NCBI GenBank assembly: GCA_019058365.1
Contig: JAHPZE010000004.1
Span: 230,469-294,468 of the forward strand
Length of the DNA stretch: 64,000 nt
Reading direction: 5' to 3'
From: Promethearchaeota archaeon
GTDB taxonomy: Archaea; Asgardarchaeota; Lokiarchaeia; Sigyniarchaeales; SOKP01
Below are positions 28,478 to 38,537 of the stretch, in pieces; positions within the stretch are counted from its first letter, which is position 1; the number at the start of each line of letters is the position of its first letter. The position numbers and the translations under genes are program-made. A model generated the notes under the pieces. That model ran no database searches. It worked only from the letters and a program-made list of their open reading frames with translations, and was not told where the DNA came from.

Positions 28478-29011
28478 TTATGTTAAGACAAATTTAAATT
28501 CACATATTTCATCTCCATTAGAAATCCGTTGCAGAGGTATTATATCTCCTTTAACACCCATTGCTTCTAACCAACCTTTATGTCTAAAATTACAAGCACA
28601 TTTATATTCTGTGCTTTCCTTAGATTTTTCTACTTCTTTCCAAATAAAACACTTTTCTACTAAAGCGATTCCTTCAGTTTCAGAATGAACAAGAAATTTG
28701 AATTTCATAACTTTAGGAATTATTACATTCATGAAAGTATTTATTATTTTAAAAATTTCAGGAATAGTGTTGATTGATCCTTTTTTGATACCTAAAGCAT
28801 TTAAAATATGTCGAGCTTCGATTTTACCTATTGAAGAGATCACTTCTTGGTTTAACTGATTAGCTTCATTCATACCATACTTCTTTTTTGCTTTCAAAAA
28901 CCATTGACCATCATGTTGAGCCCAACACATTTGTAGAATAAACTTTTGAGTCTCTAAAGGGATAAAATGTTTATCTTTTAATATTAGCTCTATTTTTTTC
29001 ATTCCTACCAT
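28478..29011 (-). CDS. DUF6125-like protein (V4R/ATC-hydrolase-like fold)
   Basis: CWAQHDGQWF...C...C...GW...CEFKF; paralog of the adjacent gene. Confidence 0.65.
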   Translation of the reverse strand: MVGMKKIELILKDKHFIPLETQKFILQMCWAQHDGQWFLKAKKKYGMNEANQLNQEVISSIGKIEARHILNALGIKKGSINTIPEIFKIINTFMNVIIPKVMKFKFLVHSETEGIALVEKCFIWKEVEKSKESTEYKCACNFRHKGWLEAMGVKGDIIPLQRISNGDEICEFKFVLT

Positions 29012-29026
29012 AATACTATAACACTC

Positions 29027-29521
29027 TCATTCCTCAAAATAAAATCTGAAGTTTCTAATACATCTACCTTCAGTATGCATCAAGCAACCTTCTATAATAG
29101 GATCTACATCATATTTAATACCTAAAGCCTCAAACCATCCTTCAATCCTATCAAAAATCCCACATTCATATTGTTCAATTACTCCAATTCTCTTTATTCC
29201 ATCATATGCCCAACATTTAAGCATTTCACATTGAAGATGATTCATATCTGGAAAACTAAAAGTTAAAACCATAAAATCTGCTTTAAATGTGCTTAATGCT
29301 TTTTCAAAGAGAATCTTTAAGTCATTGAATGTACTAACTTTTTCAATATCAAATGCTTTCTGAATCCTTCTTATTTCGACATTTGCTAATGATTTAACAG
29401 CAGCTCTATTTATTTTGTTAGTCTTCATTATACCACATTCTTTTAGGCAATGATAAAACCACATACCATCATGTGTCATCCAACATTTAATTAATAACTC
29501 CTTTAAATCATCAACTTCCAT
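29027..29521 (-). CDS. DUF6125-like protein (V4R/ATC-hydrolase-like fold)
   Basis: CWMTHDGMWF...CWAY...YECG...GWF...C...C. Confidence 0.68.
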   Translation of the reverse strand: MEVDDLKELLIKCWMTHDGMWFYHCLKECGIMKTNKINRAAVKSLANVEIRRIQKAFDIEKVSTFNDLKILFEKALSTFKADFMVLTFSFPDMNHLQCEMLKCWAYDGIKRIGVIEQYECGIFDRIEGWFEALGIKYDVDPIIEGCLMHTEGRCIRNFRFYFEE

Positions 29522-29565
29522 ATTGAAAATATATATGCTTTGACTTTTATTGTTTTTCGATCAAT

Positions 29566-29586
29566 TACAACTATTTCTAGGTTGAA
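29566..29586. promoter_or_regulatory. Candidate TrmB-family operator, copy 1 (TACAACTATTTCTAGGTTGAA)
   Basis: 18/21 identical to the perfect palindrome at 29637-29657. Confidence 0.6.
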
Positions 29587-29636
29587 AATAATTAAATCTA
29601 AAATTTTATATTTTTATTGGTTTTATAACAATATAA

Positions 29637-29657
29637 TACAACTATATCTAAGTTGTA
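29637..29657. promoter_or_regulatory. Candidate TrmB-family operator, copy 2 (TACAACT-N7-AGTTGTA)
   Basis: Perfect 7-7-7 palindrome just downstream of TATA-like TTTTATAA (29621-29628), over the expected transcription start of the regulator gene. Confidence 0.65.
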
Positions 29658-29675
29658 ATTTTTTAAAGATGAAAT

Positions 29676-30560
29676 ATGTCAGATAAAATTACCCAAGAAT
29701 TAAATGATTTTTTGCTAAGTGCTAATCTTTCAAATTATGAGATAAATACATACATGACTCTATTAAAATCTAATAGGCTAACAGCTAGGGAAACTAGTGA
29801 TAAATCAAATGTACCCACAGGGAGAATTTATGAAATTTTAGATATATTAAATAAGAAAGGCATGATTGAAATCCAAGACTCAAGACCAAAGATCTATAAA
29901 GCAATAGCATTTAACGAAGCTTCTCATAATATTATCTCACATATTGAAAAAGACCAACAACGAAAAGTTTCATTTTTAATTAACACTGCTAAACAAATAG
30001 AATCCAAAATTAATAATATAGGATTTTCCATTACATCAGAATCTTCAAAGATTTTTTGGTCTACAGCTTATGGATGGCGTTCTATTTTTGAATTATATAT
30101 AAAAAGATTTAAAGTGTTAAAAAAAAATTTATTGATGACAGGTTTTTTAAATGAAAATACCATAAAGGTACTTCCTCAGGCTAAAAACTTTTACAATGGA
30201 ATTCTTATTGCTTTAAATCGAGGTATTCAAATAAAATATTTATGGAGTTGTGAATTTGATGAGAGACCATTATCAGAAGAACAGAAAGCTAGGAATGAAA
30301 ATCTCTTCAAAAAATTATCAAAGAAATTTAATGATATATTCAATATATCTTCAAAAATGCATGAATTTGAAATGAGATTTATACAAAAGAGAATTCCCAC
30401 CTTTTATGATATATTTGATGATAATAGAGTATTAATAAAGCTCCAAAATCCTCTTAAACCATGGCAAATTTTTGCATGTTTAAATGTTTTAGATCCCATT
30501 TTAGCACAAGACTTAACTGAAAAATATGAAAATATGTGGTTATTTGATGCAATTAAATAA
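29676..30560 (+). CDS. TrmB-family transcriptional regulator
   Basis: LSNYEINTYMTLL...TARETSDKSNVPTGRIYEILDIL...KGMIE...RPKIYKA. Confidence 0.9.
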   Translation: MSDKITQELNDFLLSANLSNYEINTYMTLLKSNRLTARETSDKSNVPTGRIYEILDILNKKGMIEIQDSRPKIYKAIAFNEASHNIISHIEKDQQRKVSFLINTAKQIESKINNIGFSITSESSKIFWSTAYGWRSIFELYIKRFKVLKKNLLMTGFLNENTIKVLPQAKNFYNGILIALNRGIQIKYLWSCEFDERPLSEEQKARNENLFKKLSKKFNDIFNISSKMHEFEMRFIQKRIPTFYDIFDDNRVLIKLQNPLKPWQIFACLNVLDPILAQDLTEKYENMWLFDAIK

Positions 30561-30579
30561 AAAAAATAGCATAATATTT

Positions 30580-30807
30580 TTAAGCTTTCTCAATTTTTAA
30601 ATAGAACTTCTCTCCTTCAGTTTTGAATTCTAAGATCTTATCTTCAATTCTATCTATATATCGCTTTATATTTTCCCCTGCCTCTGCTAAATCACCAGAA
30701 ACTTCAAGGATTTCTCCACTTTTCATCTCAAGTAGTTGTCTTTTGGTTTTAGCAACAGGCATTGGACAAACCAGGCCAGAGCAATCTAATTTATATGAAA
30801 CTGTCAT
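30580..30807 (-). CDS. tusA: Sulfur carrier protein, TusA family
   Basis: LDCSGLVCPMPV motif. Confidence 0.88.
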   Translation of the reverse strand: MTVSYKLDCSGLVCPMPVAKTKRQLLEMKSGEILEVSGDLAEAGENIKRYIDRIEDKILEFKTEGEKFYLKIEKA

Positions 30808-30828
30808 TTCTTAGGCACTTCCTTAACA

Positions 30829-31188
30829 TTAACTAAATAATACGTTATCTGCGTCTTCGCACATTTTAACAAATCCATTCATAGTAGTCTTTTCTATCCC
30901 ATCCATTAATTCATCTTCAGATAATCCACGAGCCTTCATACATACTCCACAAGCTTTCACATTTGCTCCTTCAGAAATTACATCTGCCATCCATTTTCCC
31001 ACATTATCATATGTTGTTGGATCTTGATTCTTCTTTCCCACAAAGATTCCATCCTCAACTAAAAATATATTTACCTTATGTTCTTCTAATAACGCAGTAT
31101 AGGCAAATCTTAACATAGTATAAGGACGTTCAATTGTGTATGCACCATCTCCGATAACAATTGTAAATATTTTGCTTTTTTCAGCCAT
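30829..31188 (-). CDS. DsrE/TusD-family sulfur relay protein
   Basis: IFLVEDGI...KNQ...ACGVCMKARGL. Confidence 0.88.
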   Translation of the reverse strand: MAEKSKIFTIVIGDGAYTIERPYTMLRFAYTALLEEHKVNIFLVEDGIFVGKKNQDPTTYDNVGKWMADVISEGANVKACGVCMKARGLSEDELMDGIEKTTMNGFVKMCEDADNVLFS

Positions 31189-31280
31189 TTTTAGCTTTCC
31201 TCTATAAGGCTTTAATATAAAATCACTTTTCTATGTGTAAGTGTATAAAAATTTTGACATTTATTAAATTTTTCATACAG

Positions 31281-31299
31281 ATCTATTAAAAAAATCGAT
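31281..31299. promoter_or_regulatory. Possible LysR-binding dyad ATCTAT-N7-ATCGAT
   Basis: Near-palindrome in the divergent dsrE/lysR intergenic region. Confidence 0.35.
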
Positions 31300-31365
31300 A
31301 AATAATAATAATTTAATTATCTTATATTTTAAATATATATTAGACATTTCAAGTCGAATTAAATT

Positions 31366-32262
31366 ATGAATATTGAATATTTAAGGAACTTTATTAAGCT
31401 AATTCAATATAAGAGTTTCTCAAAATTAGCAAATGAACTTCCTATTTCACAGAGCACATTATCTCATCAAATTTCTCAGTTAGAAAAAGATTTTGGTGGC
31501 GTAATGCTAATTGATAGAACTACAAAGAAATTTGAGCTAACAAAACCTGGAAAACTTTTCCTTGAATACGCACATCAAATAATAGAATTGTATGATAGTT
31601 GTAAACTAGAAATATCAAATTTCAAGGATAATATAGAAGAGAATATTACTATATCTGCATCAACCATTCCGGGTTCTCATATTCTACCACGATATATAGC
31701 AGACTTTAGAAATAAAAACCCAAATGTACATTTCAAAATATTGATCAATAATTCTCAGGAATCTATTGAAAATTTAAAAAATGGAAAGGTTGATTTCGCT
31801 GGTATTGGTAGCTTTATGGGTTATAATGAAAAAGAGTTTGAATTTATCAAAATAGGCGAAGATGAATTTAAATTTATATGTTCACCTAATCATAAATTGC
31901 TAAAAGACGGAGAAATAATTAATTTTGAAACCCTAATTAAATATCCTTTCATATGGAGAGAAAAAGGTTCGGGAATGAGAGATACATTTAAACAGCAATT
32001 TCCAGTTTATAGAAAGTTAAATATTGAATTAGAAATTAATGATAATGACTCAATTATTTCTACTGTTAGTGAATCTAATTATATTAGTATTATGAGTGAT
32101 ATAATGGTTGAAAAAGCAGAATCAGCAGGTTTAATTAAATCCTTAAAAATAAAAAATTATCCAGTTATCGCTAAAAGAGCTTTATATTTTGTTAAACTAA
32201 AGGATAAAAAATTAGGTAAATTAAAAAAGAAATTTTGGAATGAATTAAAGCTAATAATTTAA
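31366..32262 (+). CDS. LysR-family transcriptional regulator (CysL-like)
   Basis: N-terminal HTH KSFSKLANELPISQSTLSHQISQLEK; ASTIPG; REKGSGMR. Confidence 0.92.
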   Translation: MNIEYLRNFIKLIQYKSFSKLANELPISQSTLSHQISQLEKDFGGVMLIDRTTKKFELTKPGKLFLEYAHQIIELYDSCKLEISNFKDNIEENITISASTIPGSHILPRYIADFRNKNPNVHFKILINNSQESIENLKNGKVDFAGIGSFMGYNEKEFEFIKIGEDEFKFICSPNHKLLKDGEIINFETLIKYPFIWREKGSGMRDTFKQQFPVYRKLNIELEINDNDSIISTVSESNYISIMSDIMVEKAESAGLIKSLKIKNYPVIAKRALYFVKLKDKKLGKLKKKFWNELKLII

Positions 32263-32296
32263 AAAGTAAGAAAAAAGGAGTTAAAAATAAATAAAT

Positions 32297-32344
32297 TTAT
32301 TTGATTAAGACTCCCATTTGATCGAAATTTAGAAATGAGCAAAT
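32297..32344 (-). repeat. Orphan second copy of the 3' end of gene 35273-36748
   Basis: Encodes ICSFLNFDQMGVLIK*, versus ISAFLNFDQTGVLIK* at 35273-35320. Confidence 0.88.
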
Positions 32345-32631
32345 CTTTTATATACGAGACAAAGGTGGAATTATTAACTAAACAAACAATTTCTGCCCAT
32401 TCTTATTTATGTAATATAATTGAGATATCAACCATTGCGAGCTAAGAAGTAAGGAAACTTATTTAAAAGTTATCAAACTCGTATGAAATATGAGCCTTCT
32501 CGAAATACCAAAAATTCTCAAAGAAAGTGTGATAAAAAATTATTGAGATGTTTTTACGTAGAGATTTAATTTTTAAAGTCCTTAAATGTGATTAACTACT
32601 TAGCCTAAACTCAAAATTGAAAATATTGAAA

Positions 32632-33138
32632 TTATCTTCTTGTATATCGATGGTATAAATAATGAGCAATTATTATTGACACGATAATAAGAAAAAAAAT
32701 TCCATAATTACTATAATAAAATAAGTATTGTGTTTCTATAGAACCTTTTAATTCTGTGTCTTCCTCAATAATAACAATTATTGTTAATTCGTCTTGATTA
32801 GGAGGAAAAATCATTAATTCTTTTTTCATTACGGTAAAGTTAAAACTTTGAAAATAAGTATCATATTGTTGCTTTAATAAATAATATGTAAATGTTCTCT
32901 CATCCATAATTAATAGTGAAATTTTCCCTTTTGAAGCATTTAGGTCAATTATTATTTTTTGATCAAATGAACGCCAAGGGTATTCGAAATGGTAATAAAG
33001 TTTATTACCTTCAACGATTCCATAGTCTAATTCTGGCATTATCGTTTCAGTTTTCTGGAAAGGAACGAATAAACCCATTATGCTTAATAAAGTGAAACAT
33101 ATCCCAATAATAGCTGTAAGTTTTTCTCTTTTTCTCAT
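32632..33138 (-). CDS. Hypothetical membrane-anchored protein
   Basis: N- and C-terminal TM helices around a beta-rich domain; follows the ABC permease. Confidence 0.7.
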   Translation of the reverse strand: MRKREKLTAIIGICFTLLSIMGLFVPFQKTETIMPELDYGIVEGNKLYYHFEYPWRSFDQKIIIDLNASKGKISLLIMDERTFTYYLLKQQYDTYFQSFNFTVMKKELMIFPPNQDELTIIVIIEEDTELKGSIETQYLFYYSNYGIFFLIIVSIIIAHYLYHRYTRR

Positions 33139-33167
33139 TTAAATGAACTTTTAGTATTTTTCATTGG

Positions 33168-33977
33168 CTATGACGTACGTATATCTAGTTGTTGGAAGCC
33201 ATAAATGCTAATTATGAATAATATTAATGGTACACTTAAGAAAATGATAAGACTCGAAAGTGCTTTATTTGAATCAATTATATATTGCGTGTTTAAGAAT
33301 GCATTTTGAATGAAGTTGGCTAAAACATCAGAATAATATCTATAAGATAAAAGTTCCATATCATATTGAATAAATAAAAATTCTATATTTATATATAAAA
33401 TAGGAATTATAACAGCTATTATTGTATTTTTAGTTAATGTTGATAATATAAAAGTAAATGCGAGAAAAAATGTAAGAAATATAAAACTATAACCATATCC
33501 TATTAATAGAATATTAATACTGACAACTCTATTCATCAGAACTAATACCATAATTCCAATAGAAACCATAGAGATTAATTCCAAAAACGCTAAATGGATT
33601 AAAATAAAGAAAATATTTGAAATTAAGTATGCCTTACTAGGGATTATTGAATAAATTGTCATCGCTGTTTTTCTAGAAAAATCACCTGAAATAATATTAC
33701 AAGATAAAATTATAGGAATAAAGATTCCAAATTGAATTACTTGGAAAATATAACTATTCCAGAAAACACCTAAATTTATCACACTCTGAGTAATTTCAAT
33801 TTCCCAATCAAGTATTCCTTTTATTTGAAAATATGTAAATAAAACGGGAATAATTGAAATTAAAATACATAAATAGCCTTTAAAGCTTTTAAAATCTTTT
33901 TTATAATATAAATAAAGTAAAGCTCTTGGTAATTCTAATTTTTCCTCTAAATCAAATTTTTTACTCGTTTTAAACAC
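33168..33977 (-). CDS. ABC-2 type transporter permease
   Basis: About 6 TM helices; ISGDFSRKT and C-terminal FQQLDI motifs; overlaps the ATPase stop. Confidence 0.82.
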   Translation of the reverse strand: MFKTSKKFDLEEKLELPRALLYLYYKKDFKSFKGYLCILISIIPVLFTYFQIKGILDWEIEITQSVINLGVFWNSYIFQVIQFGIFIPIILSCNIISGDFSRKTAMTIYSIIPSKAYLISNIFFILIHLAFLELISMVSIGIMVLVLMNRVVSINILLIGYGYSFIFLTFFLAFTFILSTLTKNTIIAVIIPILYINIEFLFIQYDMELLSYRYYSDVLANFIQNAFLNTQYIIDSNKALSSLIIFLSVPLILFIISIYGFQQLDIRTS

Positions 33978-34932
33978 CGTGTTTAATTACTTTTTTATAG
34001 ATTTTAATTAGAGCACCATCTATGAGTTTTAAACGAAAATATTTAAAACCTTTTAAGAGCGCTTCAATTTCATATGGAACATCAGATTTAACAATAATCT
34101 TATCACTGAGAATTGTTGGTTTATCGTAAAATAAACTTTTTCTAGATATTAATTTCTGATATAACCCTTTTATTAAAGTGTGAGAATGTTGATATTTATA
34201 GGAAATTTGGAATTCATTTAAACCAAATTTTAGAGCTAAGTCAATAATTCTTCCTGAAATTTTTATAGTCCCTTTATCAATAATGGCGATAAAATCTGAT
34301 AATTGTTCTAGCTCTTGAACAATGTGACTTGAAATTATAATTACTGTTCCTTCCTCTCGTTTTTCTCCAATTTTTTGTATTAAATCCTCTCGACCCAATG
34401 GATCGATGTTTGATAATGGTTCATCTAAGAATATGATTTTAGGGTTACCCGCAAATGCTTGAGCTAAGCCTAATCGTTGACACATACCACGGGAATACAT
34501 GAAAGTCTTTTTATCCCAATATTCTTTTCCAATACCGCACCATTTTAATAAATCTATAGTTTCCTTTTTAATGTCTCTTGATTTATTTCTTAACCTACAG
34601 AAAAGCTCAAGATTTTCCCGACCGGTTAATTTTGAATAAAATCCAACATTCTCAGGCAAAAATCCAATTTTTTTCCTGAGAAATTTAAAATCCCTAGGGA
34701 TTTTTTTCCCCAAAATGTTAATGTTACCCGCGGAAGGTTTAACAAGACCTAGGATCATTAAAATTGTTGTTGTTTTCCCTGCACCATTCGGACCTAATAA
34801 AGCAAAACATGAGTCTTCTATTTTAAGATTAATATTATCTATAACAATTTTATTATTATATTCCTTTGTTAAATTTTGAATATCTATTATGTGATCTAAA
34901 TTTGTAGACATACTAATTTGGATTTCATTCAA
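33970..34932 (-). CDS. ABC transporter ATP-binding protein
   Basis: GPNGAGKTT, YSRGMCQR, IFLDEP, SSH. Confidence 0.92.
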   Translation of the reverse strand: MNEIQISMSTNLDHIIDIQNLTKEYNNKIVIDNINLKIEDSCFALLGPNGAGKTTTILMILGLVKPSAGNINILGKKIPRDFKFLRKKIGFLPENVGFYSKLTGRENLELFCRLRNKSRDIKKETIDLLKWCGIGKEYWDKKTFMYSRGMCQRLGLAQAFAGNPKIIFLDEPLSNIDPLGREDLIQKIGEKREEGTVIIISSHIVQELEQLSDFIAIIDKGTIKISGRIIDLALKFGLNEFQISYKYQHSHTLIKGLYQKLISRKSLFYDKPTILSDKIIVKSDVPYEIEALLKGFKYFRLKLIDGALIKIYKKVIKHGV

Positions 34933-35272
34933 ATCTTATTAATTAAATATTAATAAAATAACCAAAAATAAAAATCTTATTTCCAAAAGAAGATTAAACA
35001 ATCTATAGGGAGAACAATAATATATTTAGACTTAATTAATATTTAAATCTACAATATCACAGAGAATATAGGTAAAAAGAGATATAGGACTCTCGGAATC
35101 GTATTCAATCAAATCCTTGGAATTAAATAATTATCCGGTCATAATCAAAAAACTATCATATTTTATTAAATTGAATAGTTAGCAATTAAACCGATTAAAA
35201 CTACTATTCTAGAATGATATAAAATCCAAACTCTAAAAAAATGAGAAATTTAAATGATAAATCATAATGACT

Positions 35273-36748
35273 TTATTTTATTAGAACTCCCGTCTGATCA
35301 AAATTTAGAAATGCACTGATTTTTTCCTTTAACGGATAAATTCCTTCTTTAAACAATGTGAATATAAAAATTGCAAAAAAAACAATCGAGCCTAAACCTG
35401 GTGCAAAACCGCTCAAAATATCCACAAAAGAAGACGAAGGATCCCAAGCAAATAATGTATATACAAGAGAAATTCCAGCTATTAAAATTGAAATAAAAGA
35501 TATTATTGCTGCAGCTTTTCTACTAAGATTTAAATGGATTGGACCAAGATCAAGTCGGAAGTATTTGGGTTGTACGATAATTGATAATATTGTATGACTA
35601 ATTATTTGCTCTTCGAATTCTACATAAACATTTAGAAATTTTCTCTCGTTCTCTTTTTTCTTCTTTTTGTTTCTTTTAGATTTGAGTGGCATAATAGAAA
35701 AAATCATTACTGGGGGATTAACTGCATCCTTCTTAACCTCAATTTTTCCTAGGATTGGATGTACTTCGAAACCTTCTCCAGCAATTTTAAGATCTAAAAC
35801 TGGGGGTTCTTCCTTAGTAGTAACTATTCTAAATGACGTTTCATAGACAGTTTTGCCCTCTTCATCTACAATCTTCAATTCTTTATGTGAAAAATAAACA
35901 TAAAACAAATAACTTCGTTGTTCCATCATAACTGAATAATATTGAAGTCCCATATTAATCTCATATATAGTTGGTTGGGGTTCGTCTGGAGTAACTATAG
36001 AAGGTTCTAGTTCTGACTTAAGTGGTGGAGCTCCAGGGCCAGCTAATATATCTGAAGCCGGAAGAGATGGAGGTGCTGCAGGTGCAGAAGTTTTTGCTGG
36101 CGCTCCACTAGGAGGTGAAGGCGGTGCACTCCCTCCAGGAGGTGTTGGTGATGGAAATGCTCGTGATTTTTTCTTTGCTTTTGGAGATTCTCTCATTTTG
36201 TGAGATTCTTCGCTTCTTCTCTCATCTCTTTTTGTCTTTTTGTCTTCTCCATAATATTCTTCTTTATATTTTATACCATCATCGAAAGAGCTTAATTCTG
36301 CAATATCTTCATCAAAAGCTTCCTCTTCTTTAAGCTTAAATAATTCCTCTTCCATAGCATCCTTAAGTGTGAGTTTTTCTTTTGGTTCCTCCTCAATTTC
36401 ATATACAATTTCTTTTTCTTCAACCCTCAATTCCCCTTTATCTTTCAATTTGCCTTCTTTTTTTTCAGGCCTCTTCTTGCTTAATAATTTCAGTTTTTTC
36501 AACTTGGTAGTTTCAGGGATTTTAGTATTAGTAACAAAATCTACAAAAGACAAATCTAAACGATTTAATTGAGTATCTCCTATGGATGCAAAAATATCAT
36601 CTAAAATTATACTTAGCCTTATTGATTTCTTGTAAATCCCCACAAACATAAAATCTATAATCTCTATAGATAATACACATGACTTTCTATCATAGAATAT
36701 CTTATTAGTTGGAATTTCAAGATTAAAAAGACTTTTCAAAGATTCCAA
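35273..36748 (-). CDS. Hypothetical membrane protein with a charged and Pro-rich linker
   Basis: 491-aa ORF with GAGGT SD; Glu/Lys-rich and PSPTPPGG...PPS regions; two C-terminal TM helices. Confidence 0.75.
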   Translation of the reverse strand: MESLKSLFNLEIPTNKIFYDRKSCVLSIEIIDFMFVGIYKKSIRLSIILDDIFASIGDTQLNRLDLSFVDFVTNTKIPETTKLKKLKLLSKKRPEKKEGKLKDKGELRVEEKEIVYEIEEEPKEKLTLKDAMEEELFKLKEEEAFDEDIAELSSFDDGIKYKEEYYGEDKKTKRDERRSEESHKMRESPKAKKKSRAFPSPTPPGGSAPPSPPSGAPAKTSAPAAPPSLPASDILAGPGAPPLKSELEPSIVTPDEPQPTIYEINMGLQYYSVMMEQRSYLFYVYFSHKELKIVDEEGKTVYETSFRIVTTKEEPPVLDLKIAGEGFEVHPILGKIEVKKDAVNPPVMIFSIMPLKSKRNKKKKKENERKFLNVYVEFEEQIISHTILSIIVQPKYFRLDLGPIHLNLSRKAAAIISFISILIAGISLVYTLFAWDPSSSFVDILSGFAPGLGSIVFFAIFIFTLFKEGIYPLKEKISAFLNFDQTGVLIK

Positions 36749-36965
36749 TTTCTAACTTACCTCTTTTTTCCTTTAGTTAAGTGATATTTAATTTTTAATT
36801 ATTAATGAAAAAACTTTTTATAAGTTTTTATAATGATGTTATACCTAATATAGTTATCAACTCCATAATATTAAACAATAAGCATTGATTCAATACAGGT
36901 TACCTAAAAAATTTTTTAATTTATTAATAATTCAAACAAAATACAAATAAATAACAAAAAATAAT

Positions 36966-38537
36966 GTGATAATTTTGAAAGGAAAATATATTCTAACACA
37001 TGATTTAGGAACATCTGGGAATAAGGCTGCTTTATTCGATTTAAATTTAGAACTTATTTCTCAAACAAAAGAAGATTATCCTTTATATTATCCAAAACCT
37101 GGATGGGCAGAACAAAATCCAGAAAATTATTGGGATGCAGTGAAAAAAGCAACTAATACATTAATTCACCAGAGTAATATAGATGCTGATGAAATTTTAA
37201 CAATAGTCTTTGATTGTCAAATGAATTGCACTATTCCAATAGATAATGAAGGTAATGCTTTAATGAATAGTATTAGCTGGTTAGACACACGAGCAGCTCC
37301 ATTAACTCGAAAATTTTCAAAAGGATTAATAAAAATCTCTGGTTATGGATTAAAAAATATATTAATGTTTCTTAAAATCACAGGAGGGGCACCTGGATTT
37401 AATGGCAAAGATCCTATTTCTCATATTTTATGGTTGAAAGAAAATAAACCAGAAATTTATGAAAAAACATATAAATTTCTAAGTGTGAAAGATTTTATTA
37501 TTTATCGCTGCACCAAAAAAGCTGTAACTTCAAGAGATTTAGGTCATACATCTTGGATGATGAATAGTAATCCTGGTATCTTTGAATGGTCTGACGAAAT
37601 TTTAAAAAAATTCAAAATTGATAGAAATAAATTACCTGAGATAAAAAAATCTACTGATATCGTGGGAGAATTAACAATAGAAGCTTCTAAAGAATTAAAT
37701 CTGAAATCTGGAACTCCTGTGTTTGTGAGTTCTGGCGATTTAACCTCTGCTGCTTTAGGGTCAGGCGCAATTATAGATAATAAACTAATTGTATGTTTAG
37801 GAACAGCAGATTGGGTAGCTGCTCATACATCTAAAAGACTAAAAGATATTGCTCATTATGCTGGTAGCATAAGTTCTTCTCAAGAAAATTATTTATGCAT
37901 TTCAAAGCAAGAAACAGGCGCTACATGTTTAGATTGGGTTATACAACAAATGTTTAGGAGCGAGTTAGAAAGATTTAAAGTAAGCTCTGAAGAATTATAC
38001 CTACATTTGAATTCGATTACAGAAAAAGCTGAAGTTGGCTCTAAAAATCTCATTTTTACTCCATGGATGTTTGGGGAAAGGAGCCCAATAAATGATCCAA
38101 ATGTTAGGGGAGGGTTCTATAATCTAAGTCTTGAACATACGAGGGATAATATTTTAAGGTCGATTTATGAGGGAGTTGCTTTTAATATTAAATGGTCTTT
38201 AATCACTATAGAAAAGTTAGTAGGCAAATCTGAAGAGATTAATTGCATTGGAGGAGGAGCAAAATCTGATGTCTGGTGCCAAATTCTAGCAGATGTACTT
38301 AAGCGAAACATAGTTCAAATGGAGACTCCCGATTTAGCTGCCGCTAAAGGTTCTGCAATAATCTCAATGGTTAGCTTAAGGTTTTTAAATAAATTTTCAG
38401 ATGCTATTCCCATGATTAAAGTAAGAAAAGTGTTTTTCCCTAATACAAAAAATGAAGAAATTTACAATAGACTCTTTAAAGAATATATAAAGATCTATAA
38501 GAGAAATAAAAAGATGTTTAAGAACTTAAATTTCTAA
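36966..38537 (+). CDS. FGGY-family carbohydrate kinase (xylulokinase-like)
   Basis: HDLGTSGNKA, PGWAEQNP, WLDTRA, GERSP, YEGVAF, GGGAKSDVWCQI. Probable start TTG 36975. Confidence 0.92.
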   Translation: MIILKGKYILTHDLGTSGNKAALFDLNLELISQTKEDYPLYYPKPGWAEQNPENYWDAVKKATNTLIHQSNIDADEILTIVFDCQMNCTIPIDNEGNALMNSISWLDTRAAPLTRKFSKGLIKISGYGLKNILMFLKITGGAPGFNGKDPISHILWLKENKPEIYEKTYKFLSVKDFIIYRCTKKAVTSRDLGHTSWMMNSNPGIFEWSDEILKKFKIDRNKLPEIKKSTDIVGELTIEASKELNLKSGTPVFVSSGDLTSAALGSGAIIDNKLIVCLGTADWVAAHTSKRLKDIAHYAGSISSSQENYLCISKQETGATCLDWVIQQMFRSELERFKVSSEELYLHLNSITEKAEVGSKNLIFTPWMFGERSPINDPNVRGGFYNLSLEHTRDNILRSIYEGVAFNIKWSLITIEKLVGKSEEINCIGGGAKSDVWCQILADVLKRNIVQMETPDLAAAKGSAIISMVSLRFLNKFSDAIPMIKVRKVFFPNTKNEEIYNRLFKEYIKIYKRNKKMFKNLNF

